The translations under genes were made by a program, and so were the position numbers. From a phage: DNA of 64,000 nucleotides. The notes under the pieces were generated by a model that saw only the letters and a list, made by a program, of their open reading frames with translations, made no database searches and was not told where the DNA came from. The stretch is taken from the sequence record PZ445448.1. The stretch is one strand, 5' to 3'. Numbering within the stretch: the stretch's first letter is position 1; every line of letters starts with the position of its first letter. Of this stretch, positions 18,023 to 26,858 are shown piece by piece.

Positions 18023-18442
18023 ATGAACATTAAATCTAATAATCCGGCATATAGCTTTGATAACGCTTTTTGTCACGGTCCGGCGGCGAAAGGATTCGAA
18101 ATCGATGGTAAACTAATTATTGTCAATGTTGACGGGGAAGAGGTTGCAGTATATCCGGTGGCAGACGTAAAAAGCCGTTTACAATGCCGCATGGATGTTA
18201 CCGCCTATCAGCTTGATCCGGTCCGCATAGTTGCCCTGGTCCTGGAAGAAGAAATTAAAGCCATGCACCATAGCAACAGATTTATTGGTGACGCGCAGGA
18301 TAATATGAAAGTATGCCGCCATAAAGTTAATGAAGTGCTTAAAGAGTACGGCTATAAAGATCTTATGATCAAACGTGAGGAAAAATTCCGCTACCGTAAC
18401 GACCTGGCAAATCGGATTTTTGAAATATACGAATCATTATAA
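18023..18442 (+). CDS. hypothetical protein
   Basis: TTGACA..TATATT promoter; AAGAGGTAAAAACACC-ATG. Confidence 0.55.
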   Translation: MNIKSNNPAYSFDNAFCHGPAAKGFEIDGKLIIVNVDGEEVAVYPVADVKSRLQCRMDVTAYQLDPVRIVALVLEEEIKAMHHSNRFIGDAQDNMKVCRHKVNEVLKEYGYKDLMIKREEKFRYRNDLANRIFEIYESL

Positions 18443-18461
18443 TTTTTTAACTGAATTATCA

Positions 18462-18486
18462 AGGGGCTTAGGCCCCTTTCTTTTTG
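18462..18486 (+). terminator. intrinsic terminator closing the plus-strand array
   Basis: AGGGGCTTAGGCCCCT followed by TTCTTTTTG. Confidence 0.65.
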
Positions 18487-18489
18487 TCT

Positions 18490-20950
18490 GCTCTTCCTCC
18501 TACCACAAACGGCCCAGCCTGGCAAGTGGAATAATTGACTAGCCATCAATCCCACACACTGTACAAATATACATGGAAAATAACTATTGCATAATTTTTC
18601 ATTGTGTGGTAGCAGGTCCATTTTTACCCGTTTTCTCTCTCAAAATTGCACGTAATGCCGCTATTGCACAAAATTTAACCTGATGCACATCTTCAATATC
18701 TTGTCAACAACTAAAAATCTTTATAAGTCATACACTTACACACTCACAAAAGCGTGTTCTACGTGAAAAATCGAGTATAACTATAGCCGCCAGATCTCAG
18801 AATTTACGTACGCTCACCATTCTATAGTCTGCTAAGTATTTATTCCAACCATGGAATAACGGAATAGTCAATACCTGCATAAAATAATTATTCGTGTAAA
18901 CTGCATAACATAAATCAGCTCAGGTGTCAACATTTTTCGTAAACAGTCCGAAATTGTCACGGTGAGTTATCATAAACAGAGAAATATTTAGTCGTCTAAT
19001 GTTTACTGTACATTACTATACTGACTGGAATCATTAGATGACTAAGAGAAAGATAAGAAATAATTAACAATACAATTATTTTATCTGTAACAATAAGGCA
19101 ACTATGCAAACGAATGGCATGGCGCGACGGAGTCGCGACATAATATAAAAGCAGTAACCATCACCCCCGTGATAGTTTGTCTGCAAACTATTAATCAGAT
19201 CATAGTTGCCTTGTATTTAGTTAATCATGACATAACAAGCAAGGCAACTATAGATCTTCTAATAGTTGCCCTGCTTTTATATTATGTCATAGAAACACCC
19301 GAAGGGGTGACCAAAGGTCACCTGGCATGGCCAGTGAAAGATTATTAACTTGTTAATTGTTAACTTGCTAATTGTTTTCATGCAAACGAATGTCATGGCT
19401 TATCCTATCTGTGTAAACAGTCAAGGTGTAAACTATCCAGGCGTAAACAATCTATACGTGAACAGTGAAACATGAAATAATAACAGTCGTTATTGTGTCG
19501 AAAGTGTATAAGGTGTCATAGTATGTCAGACAAGTTTTTCTCCTCTTTGTCAAGTGCTGCATGAAAAATTTACAAGCTTGTATGGTAGCATTTTTGCTGC
19601 CCTGTTTACATTCAGTTGTGTATGTATAACCCTTGTTGTGTGGGCGTTTAGACGTCTAGACGGTTGGAAGTCCGCAGGTTAATATCTAATCTATTGGCTG
19701 CTAACTATATCCCACACAAATAGTAAGAAATATAATTGTTATGTGCGTAAACAGTAACTCATGTTATCAATCCCTGTATGTATCGCCAGTGGTGCGCATA
19801 ATGGGTATTATGTTAAATTGCCCGTAATGATAACTATTCTCACAATGATAGGTATTCTCATTCACTCCCACAAGATAGGTTGCAAATGTTGTGCCACTGT
19901 GTGAACGGCCTCACCTATTAATTTGCCTCACTGCCTCGATATTTGAGAATTGTTATAAGAATGAGAAGTATTCCCATTTCGTCCGCCTGGCAGCACTCCA
20001 GTCGCTACCGCTCATGACAGGGCAGAACTAGACCCTCTTCAGATATTTCTGGCTGACTCTTCAGGCCTGTGTGGGAAAAGCCAACCTCTCCGGCGGCGGG
20101 GAGGGGTTTGTCAGGAAAATTGCAGGTCAATTAAAAAATTTACGTGGTATATGAAGCGCTCTTCAGGTAAGGCATGTATTATGGGATGAAACCCTCTTCA
20201 GGCAATGATATTTGTGGGTGTGATATTTGCTGGAAAGCCAGATATGACGGGACTCCCGGCGGGGCAGGGGTAGTACAGACAGGGGAAATATGGAGGATGT
20301 AGTTGGGGGAGTTGATCAAACAGGTAGAGTATGGAATATGTTACAAGTATGTTAAATATGGAGGGTGGATATCTGTAGGATTTATGTGTAAAATCAAAGA
20401 CTTAAGTGGTGTTGTGGTATTTTCTATAAATAATTCAAGTTTAATAGGTAATATTTGTCTCTATCCGCTTTGTGTGGTAAACAAATTCAGATGGTGTTGG
20501 TTTACAAGTGTATACATAATATACAAATTAAAGATACAAGAAACCCCCCTCCCCCTTCGGCTACCATTCACCTTTTCCTCTGACTGGTACTTAAACACTT
20601 ATTCAGACTCTTCAGGTTATCACCCATATATCATATGGCAGTGACTGGTGTCCTCCGGCCCCTCTTTCGTCACCCGTCCGCTTCGCCATGCTAATGCCAT
20701 AGCCAATGGTTCGGTTGTTCACCCTGTTCACTCAGGTGTATCTCCATACCCCTTCAAACCGAAGAGAACAGAAAACCCGAATTACTCGGTAAAAGAAAAG
20801 AGAAGAACTTAATTTTATCAGGATAGGCAAGAATGTCAAGGCATGACTGCTCACTAAACAAGCAAACAGTCATGTGTGGGAGGTAAGTGATTGTGGTGGT
20901 AGGAAATTTAGTTGAAAGATGTGTTATAGGTGCTCCCAGCACTTTAGCCG
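18490..20950. repeat. 2.4-kb gene-free repeat-dense region (GTAAACAG iterons, AAGGCAACTAT sites, CTCTTCAGG repeats)
   Basis: no ORF with SD on either strand; multiple short repeat families. Confidence 0.6.
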
Positions 20951-20966
20951 GGTAGCTAATTGTGTG

Positions 20967-21182
20967 TCAGTCCAGTGGTTCATCACCTACTTCACTGAAA
21001 TCAATGTTCATGGTCTCCTCCCAACCATCAATCTCAGCACCAGAGTAGAGATCTTTAGGACTTACTCCCAAAGCATCAGCAACAGAGTCCATATTTAACA
21101 CCTCTGGCAGGTATGATTTATCGAATTCAAGGTAAATCAGGCCACGAGTATTGTCAGCTCCACCAAATATTTCTATCTTCAT
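20967..21182 (-). CDS. hypothetical small acidic protein
   Basis: AGAGGAGATTTC-ATG on minus strand. Confidence 0.45.
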   Translation of the reverse strand: MKIEIFGGADNTRGLIYLEFDKSYLPEVLNMDSVADALGVSPKDLYSGAEIDGWEETMNIDFSEVGDEPLD

Positions 21183-21303
21183 GAAATCTCCTCTGGAAAT
21201 GAGAGTGTGAACAGGGTTTTATACGTTCCGATGCACAGGAATTATGCACGTTTTCCTCTTCAGGCCATGCTTTAGCATGAGGAACCTGTGTGGGCTCGGT
21301 GCT

Positions 21304-21516
21304 TCATAGTCTACCACCCCTGAACTCTTCGTGCTCAGGCATAATAGAGAACCAGATATCTACGATGTCTTCCCACGTTAGGTCATCAGCCTCAGGATCT
21401 ACCTGGAGCAAAGATGGAGAATCTTCAGAATCGAAGTTTTCCTCTTGCACTGGCTCAGTCAAGGGACATATAGTCACTCCTTTGGATGTCTCTTCAGATG
21501 CATGCGTGTTTATCAT
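21304..21516 (-). CDS. hypothetical acidic protein (internal start of a longer ORF)
   Basis: acidic C-terminal half; upstream half has atypical composition. Confidence 0.3.
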   Translation of the reverse strand: MINTHASEETSKGVTICPLTEPVQEENFDSEDSPSLLQVDPEADDLTWEDIVDIWFSIMPEHEEFRGGRL

Positions 21517-21876
21517 GTTCCACCCGTGAGTATTCCGGCAACAGCCGCTATGGACGTAATGATCATCAGAATAACCACCAAAACCTCTGACAATGTTTTC
21601 ATTGTGTATCCCATATTCTCCAAACGATGTGTGGATACTATCACTGGAGCGGCAATGTGTCAACAGAAACGCCGCGAGGGTTTGGTTAAAATCCGAGCGT
21701 ATGGTGATTTGGGTCAAAACGGACGTGCGTTCTCGCTACGCTCGAAATATAGAGTTGTTTGTAGGAAGCTCTTAAACGCTCTGTAACGAGATTATCTGTC
21801 CAAGGTATGCAATCGTGCACCAGATAAAGAAAAGGACGCCACAGAGCGTCCTAGGTGTCTTAAATTTGATATTTTG

Positions 21877-22176
21877 TTATACCCATGAGGGTTTATCAAG
21901 GTTGGAGTAGCTGAAAGGTGTCAAAAGGTGATTGTCAAAATCTCTCAAACTATCCAGATCTTTCTCCTCGTCCTGACACCATCTGTGCCTACATTTATTG
22001 TTGTAGTGCATAGAATGCATAGCGTTCTGCAACTTAACAGGTACAAGTGATTCAGGAGTAGATAGTATTGTTGGGTATGCCAGAACCACCTCAAACAGTG
22101 GAAACACATCGAAACTAAAGTCTACCTCTGCAGAGGTTGATGGCATGTAAGAGTATTTAGCCGCCTTTGTAGACAT
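21877..22176 (-). CDS. hypothetical protein (start at MSTKAAKY)
   Basis: GAGGTGG SD then ATG. Confidence 0.4.
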   Translation of the reverse strand: MSTKAAKYSYMPSTSAEVDFSFDVFPLFEVVLAYPTILSTPESLVPVKLQNAMHSMHYNNKCRHRWCQDEEKDLDSLRDFDNHLLTPFSYSNLDKPSWV

Positions 22177-22184
22177 AATCCACC

Positions 22185-22511
22185 TCACACAGGTTTGATA
22201 ATACCTTTACCGAATAATTCTTCGTATCTAATCTTATCCGGATCCCACTCCTGGATAATTTCGAAGACAATATCCAACCCAGGGATAATCACTTCTCCAG
22301 TGTCAAGTTTGGCAAGAACAAAACCAGAAGGCTGAATGGTTTCCCAGTTGCGCCGATTGGAATAGAAGACCTCGAAAATATCGCCGACCTTTATCTGTTG
22401 ATCAAGATGTTCAAGATTCTCTTTCATATAGACGCAGCGGATTTTTCGTGCAGGCCATAGACCACCTGCATCACGTTCATTTAGCTCTTTTACAGTAATC
22501 GGTATACCCAT
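22185..22511 (-). CDS. hypothetical protein
   Basis: ORF in minus-strand array. Confidence 0.45.
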   Translation of the reverse strand: MGIPITVKELNERDAGGLWPARKIRCVYMKENLEHLDQQIKVGDIFEVFYSNRRNWETIQPSGFVLAKLDTGEVIIPGLDIVFEIIQEWDPDKIRYEELFGKGIIKPV

Positions 22512-22532
22512 CTCAAATCTCCTTCATAGATA

Positions 22533-22560
22533 GTAAAAAGAGGGGCCCAAGCCCCCCTCT
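22533..22560 (-). terminator. intrinsic terminator (minus strand)
   Basis: AGAGGGGGGCTTGGGCCCCTCT followed by TTTTTA on the minus strand. Confidence 0.55.
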
Positions 22561-22566
22561 TTGTCA

Positions 22567-22872
22567 TTATTCTACAGAGCGTTTGAACAGAATGTCTGCC
22601 TCAGACATGTGCTCAACCTCTTCTTCGATTTTAGCGCGACGTTTTTCAGCCTCATAGCGAATATCGAACTCGGTAGCCACCAGAGATTTGATGAATTTAG
22701 GAGAATACAGGTGATCCTGCTTCTCAACGAGAATGATATCCTTAATGGCATCTTTCAGATCTTTAATCTGAAGTTGGAGTTCTACCAGTTCTTCGATTGT
22801 TTTGCGAAGGCGATCACGCTCTGCAGTGTCAGAAGGAAGAGAGGTGAACAGTTCAACTTTAGATTTAGCCAT
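22567..22872 (-). CDS. hypothetical coiled-coil protein
   Basis: ORF with charged heptad-like sequence. Confidence 0.45.
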   Translation of the reverse strand: MAKSKVELFTSLPSDTAERDRLRKTIEELVELQLQIKDLKDAIKDIILVEKQDHLYSPKFIKSLVATEFDIRYEAEKRRAKIEEEVEHMSEADILFKRSVE

Positions 22873-22900
22873 AGTAAGAGTCTCCTTATGTTGTTTTAAA

Positions 22901-23152
22901 TTAACGTTCTACAAAAATACCGTTCAGTTCAATAACCAGGAATTTCTGGTCTTCACTATCGTCTCGTGCCAGCACCTCACAGACGTATCGGTCATCCCCA
23001 TCATCATCGCAGTCAAATACAAGACTGAGGACTTTATCATGGTAAACCTTCGCAACTACCGCCTCGTAAGTATTGCCGATTGTGAATCCAAGATAATCTC
23101 CGATGCATTTGACAACAACATGGTCTCCAGCATTTAAGTCAATCTTCGTCAT
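22901..23152 (-). CDS. hypothetical protein (start at MTKIDLN)
   Basis: AAGGAGCGCAGTA-ATG. Confidence 0.45.
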   Translation of the reverse strand: MTKIDLNAGDHVVVKCIGDYLGFTIGNTYEAVVAKVYHDKVLSLVFDCDDDGDDRYVCEVLARDDSEDQKFLVIELNGIFVER

Positions 23153-23307
23153 TACTGCGCTCCTTGGGTAATAATACTGTATGTAAAACTTTAACCAGAG
23201 ATGTGAATAACGCCCCAAAACACACCGATAGCGCTAAAACAGACAAGGCCATCATTAAAGCTTCAGTAAAATCAGTCATTCCTCACCTCTTGTTAGTCAC
23301 TATACTA

Positions 23308-23571
23308 TCATTTATCCTTGTCGTCAAGAACTTTTTTAAATCTTTCAGGGATATCTCCCGTTCTTAGATAGTTCATGACCTCGCAAGGTTCCCACTTGAA
23401 TTTCTTACAGAGCAGGGCGGCTGAGATTGTTTCATTGCGAAAAGAAAGGATATTAATATCCCACTCTGAGAACCCCAACTTCCGAAGGGTAGCTACAGAA
23501 ATCCTCACCGCAACCCAGCAGCAAAAACATGCAACAAACGCCACTGCTACAACCCACATCAGGATGTTCAT
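23308..23571 (-). CDS. hypothetical membrane protein
   Basis: N-terminal TM helix. Confidence 0.45.
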   Translation of the reverse strand: MNILMWVVAVAFVACFCCWVAVRISVATLRKLGFSEWDINILSFRNETISAALLCKKFKWEPCEVMNYLRTGDIPERFKKVLDDKDK

Positions 23572-23580
23572 ATAAGCACC

Positions 23581-23664
23581 TTACTGAAATACAAGACACA
23601 GTGTTAAGGTTACTGACCAGCAAATAATTAACAGTGCCGTTGCAACCTTGGCAAGATTTATCAT
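23581..23664 (-). CDS. small hydrophobic peptide (27 aa)
   Basis: ATGA overlap with upstream stop; AGAGG SD. Confidence 0.35.
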   Translation of the reverse strand: MINLAKVATALLIICWSVTLTLCLVFQ

Positions 23665-23948
23665 AGTGCCTCTAAGATTTCATATCCTTCGGGTCGGAAT
23701 ACAAGCCACTCCGTGGCTCCGTTTGGTCGATACGCTTTATACAGAACAACCTGGTCTCGGCACATGCACATGGCTACATAGTTTTCATCCACACCTGCAG
23801 CCTGCATTGCATCTTCTTCTCCGGCAACTGCTTTGCTTACAACTTCCTTGGTAGGCAGGTGTGCGATCAGCTCGTCACCATCATTAATTCCAAAATGGCT
23901 GAGTTCGCCGTTGGTATCTTTAATCTTAATCTTAACCAGATCTTTCAT
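23661..23948 (-). CDS. hypothetical protein
   Basis: ORF in array. Confidence 0.45.
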   Translation of the reverse strand: MKDLVKIKIKDTNGELSHFGINDGDELIAHLPTKEVVSKAVAGEEDAMQAAGVDENYVAMCMCRDQVVLYKAYRPNGATEWLVFRPEGYEILEAL

Positions 23949-24277
23949 TAGTCTTCCCCCAGGTTCAAAGGTCCTAAGATTTCATATGCCAGATTAGAAG
24001 TTACAAGAGGGTCTTCTGCGTCTTTAGTATTATACCACCCGTGAATAACCAGAGTCCCACTTTGTTTCATGTCCAACTGGAACTCTTCTGCCGTTTCCTC
24101 ATCCAGCTCCAAGATTTCCATAAGGTATTTGATGTTAGGGAGGTATGCAGCTGTTACAGTCCCCTCTACCAGACCTTCAGGCCAACCTACATCTGGATGA
24201 CAAGTAGGAACCAGATTGGTCAGCTTAATGGTGTACGCTTTTTCTGCACGAGCCTTCAGTAACGGGTCAATCTTCAT
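23948..24277 (-). CDS. hypothetical protein
   Basis: ORF in array. Confidence 0.45.
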   Translation of the reverse strand: MKIDPLLKARAEKAYTIKLTNLVPTCHPDVGWPEGLVEGTVTAAYLPNIKYLMEILELDEETAEEFQLDMKQSGTLVIHGWYNTKDAEDPLVTSNLAYEILGPLNLGED

Positions 24278-24627
24278 TATTCGTCCTCCTCTTCGGTACC
24301 TGCTTCCAGTAATAAGTTAAGAATATCTTCTGCACAAGGCTCATAGAACTCTTGGCCTTCATTATCGATGATTTTGTAGTCATCTCCGCGAATAATCAGA
24401 GGATCACTCTCAAAATTATCGAGACCTTTAACAACGACAACACGATCGATTGCCATCATTGTAAGAACTTTATCGACATCTTCCTCTGCTACACCATACT
24501 GCAGCAGAATGTCTTTGGTAGGAGGAACAGCATCCACCACAACACCGTTACCAAAACCTTCCGGTAAGTTAGCTAAAATATCTTCCGGAACCACACTAAC
24601 ATCAAAACCAGTAATTTCTACTTTCAT
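24277..24627 (-). CDS. hypothetical acidic protein
   Basis: ORF in array. Confidence 0.45.
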   Translation of the reverse strand: MKVEITGFDVSVVPEDILANLPEGFGNGVVVDAVPPTKDILLQYGVAEEDVDKVLTMMAIDRVVVVKGLDNFESDPLIIRGDDYKIIDNEGQEFYEPCAEDILNLLLEAGTEEEDE

Positions 24628-24888
24628 TTACAGCACCTCTTCGTCAACTACTTCATAAAAATGGCCTGGGATTGCAATAGCGTTCTCACCTTCACCTACA
24701 AACACAGTTCCGTCAAGAATCAACATCATAAGAGTTTCTGGAATATCCTCTTCCTGAACGTTGCCAAAACCTTTAATCAGCTCGTAGGTTGGAAGATTTA
24801 CCTCTAAGATGTCACCATCTTTAGAGCGGAAATCAACACCATCCTGAATCTCTGCCATTTCAAGGTTTTTCAGTTTAATCTTCATCAA
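24628..24888 (-). CDS. hypothetical small protein (MKIK family-like)
   Basis: N-terminus MKIKLKNLE similar to neighbouring small proteins. Confidence 0.45.
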   Translation of the reverse strand: MMKIKLKNLEMAEIQDGVDFRSKDGDILEVNLPTYELIKGFGNVQEEDIPETLMMLILDGTVFVGEGENAIAIPGHFYEVVDEEVL

Positions 24889-24964
24889 TCAGTCTCCCGT
24901 CTTGTTAAGATGAAGGTATTATTTCACACAGGGTTGGCGTTGTCAACACCTGTGTGCAAGAAAA

Positions 24965-25360
24965 TTACTGAAACAGTGCGGATAAATTACCTTCTGGTGG
25001 GAACTTATCTGCCAAAAACGGTGTTAGCACAGTAGCCTTCTGAAGATCTGGGGTCCACTCGTTGTTCAGAACATCCCAGTAGTACGCAATGTTGCTGTGT
25101 GGGTGCCGCATTACGAACTTTTTCCCTTCGTAGTCATCTGAAACCTCTACAGAAGAAATAACAACAGAATCTTCAAGGGTTTCTTCATAGAAAGATCCAC
25201 CTTCAAATTTCCAACGAGATGCAAGAGCTCCTGCCTTGAACGCTGCAGATAACGGACTGTCTGCAAGAACATACATTTCTTGCACTCTGTCGCTGCGATC
25301 TTTGCTTCTTACGTTGTATACAGTATCTGAGCTATACTCAACACGGTATAGGCTTACCAT
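24965..25360 (-). CDS. hypothetical protein, paralogue of 27167-27565
   Basis: shared segments HP.S...YW......WTP with 27167-27565. Confidence 0.45.
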   Translation of the reverse strand: MVSLYRVEYSSDTVYNVRSKDRSDRVQEMYVLADSPLSAAFKAGALASRWKFEGGSFYEETLEDSVVISSVEVSDDYEGKKFVMRHPHSNIAYYWDVLNNEWTPDLQKATVLTPFLADKFPPEGNLSALFQ

Positions 25361-25719
25361 TACCGCACCTCCTCAATAACTTCCACATCTGAGCCCACCA
25401 CAAATGCAAAAGGACAGGTTTCATGAAAGACATCCGGATCGCCGCCAAGCTTGCTAACAATCTCTCCACCACTAATAAACACAAGCTCACCGATATTCAT
25501 CAGATTGCTGAAATAGTACCCATAATGATTAAAGAATGCAGCAGGGTCAGGTAGACTAGTAGCCTCAAGCACTACATCAGTTGAGGTTACTTTCTTATCA
25601 TAACCTCTCGCCTTTTGAGATGCAAGATCTGCAGAATCCTCAGGCGACCGGAGATGCACAGGAATTGTTTCACCAATAAAGCGTACTTTCATATTATCAC
25701 CCAACAACCATAGCTTCAA
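25360..25719 (-). CDS. hypothetical protein
   Basis: ORF in array. Confidence 0.45.
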   Translation of the reverse strand: MKLWLLGDNMKVRFIGETIPVHLRSPEDSADLASQKARGYDKKVTSTDVVLEATSLPDPAAFFNHYGYYFSNLMNIGELVFISGGEIVSKLGGDPDVFHETCPFAFVVGSDVEVIEEVR

Positions 25720-25960
25720 AAGGGGTCATGAACGAATAAACGGCATCATCATCTGCTTCAGGGAATGCTCCCAAAGACTTCATGTCTGAGCCCTTGACAA
25801 ATACAAGGTTTTGATCAAAAGCTTCTTGAGGATCAATCCGATACATATTTCGTAGAATATCGCCTACCTCCTCATCAAGAGGTGAGTATGCTGTGCACGT
25901 TTTTCCGATCAAGCTTTGAGAATCAGGGTATCCACCTGAAGTTTTAAAATAAACAATCAT
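25697..25960 (-). CDS. hypothetical small protein (divergent member of MKVK family)
   Basis: shared VKG.D...GA motif. Confidence 0.4.
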   Translation of the reverse strand: MIVYFKTSGGYPDSQSLIGKTCTAYSPLDEEVGDILRNMYRIDPQEAFDQNLVFVKGSDMKSLGAFPEADDDAVYSFMTPFEAMVVG

Positions 25961-26051
25961 ATAGTATCACCTCTGGTAAGAGATTGGGATTCCTTTCCCA
26001 CAAATAATTACAAACCTTCCTTATCGAGGAAGTATGCTAATCCAAGCAGGA

Positions 26052-26321
26052 TTATTCCTCTACAATCTCATACACATCCGGAGTTACAATCAACTCTTCT
26101 CCGTTACCCGGTGCAACAAACACCACCATGCCTTCAGGTGTGTGCTTTTTAGCCATCTCGATAACATCTTCTCGCAGAGCTGGCTCCATCAGATCAAAAC
26201 CTTCACCCAGGGCATCACGAACCACCTTCATATAGTCAACTGGTTGTGCTTCGACAATCATACCTTCAACCAGTCCACAGTTTTTGTCTGCCAGCTCAGT
26301 TTTGAATAATTTAATTTTCAT
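26052..26321 (-). CDS. hypothetical small acidic protein
   Basis: ORF in array. Confidence 0.45.
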   Translation of the reverse strand: MKIKLFKTELADKNCGLVEGMIVEAQPVDYMKVVRDALGEGFDLMEPALREDVIEMAKKHTPEGMVVFVAPGNGEELIVTPDVYEIVEE

Positions 26322-26458
26322 TTAGAGGTCTCCTCAATTATTTGATATTAATAGCCGTAACCTAACACATTAACTACAACTGCGATTGCAAACATAATTT
26401 CAAAGCATGCAATCTCTACATTTGGAACTAATTTCTTGATCACACCCATTGTAGCACC

Positions 26459-26776
26459 TCATTCTCTAAAGTCAATCTTTACTTTGCCTTTCCCCTTACC
26501 TTTCTTTCCACCGCATTTAGCCAGTTGACGTGCTGCAACATCTACCATACGGTCAGTTGCCTCGTAAGCATCACTGCCTTTAGCTTTGGCAATAACTTCT
26601 TTTCCAGAATTGTCAAAAATGAACGCCATAACTTCCTGGTGATCATTTTCAACTTTTACACTCACACGTGCATAGTTGGCAGAGGGATGCAAACGCTCCA
26701 GCTTAGACATTTTGTGGGAAATGAAAGACACCATACCTTCAGTGATTTCTACGTTGCCAGTGATTTCAATTTGCAT
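26459..26776 (-). CDS. hpf: ribosome hibernation promoting factor homologue (HPF/YfiA/RaiA family)
   Basis: MQIEITGNVEITEG...KVE...DAYEATDRMVDVAARQLAK aligns with E. coli HPF MQLNITGNNVEITEA...KVEK...DMYAAIDGLIDKLARQLTK. Confidence 0.65.
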   Translation of the reverse strand: MQIEITGNVEITEGMVSFISHKMSKLERLHPSANYARVSVKVENDHQEVMAFIFDNSGKEVIAKAKGSDAYEATDRMVDVAARQLAKCGGKKGKGKGKVKIDFRE

Positions 26777-26858
26777 AACGTGTTCCTTTTAAAGAAGAGG
26801 GAACCAAACCCTCTTTGAAAACAATGATACTAAATCTGAAGCGTTGTGTCAACAGTTT

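Noticed and set aside
18391-18621. 76-aa minus-strand ORF at the edge of the gene-free region
   Set aside because: No SD; overlaps the terminator of the plus-strand array; composition looks non-coding.
20303-20942. ORFs 20303-20644 (+) and 20754-20942 (-) inside the repeat region
   Set aside because: No ribosome-binding sites; Cys/Trp-rich low-complexity translations typical of random frames; they span repeat units.
21290-21786. Plus-strand ORFs 21290-21529, 21445-21786, 21593-21775
   Set aside because: They lie antisense within the minus-strand array, lack SD motifs and have low-complexity Ser/Cys-rich translations.
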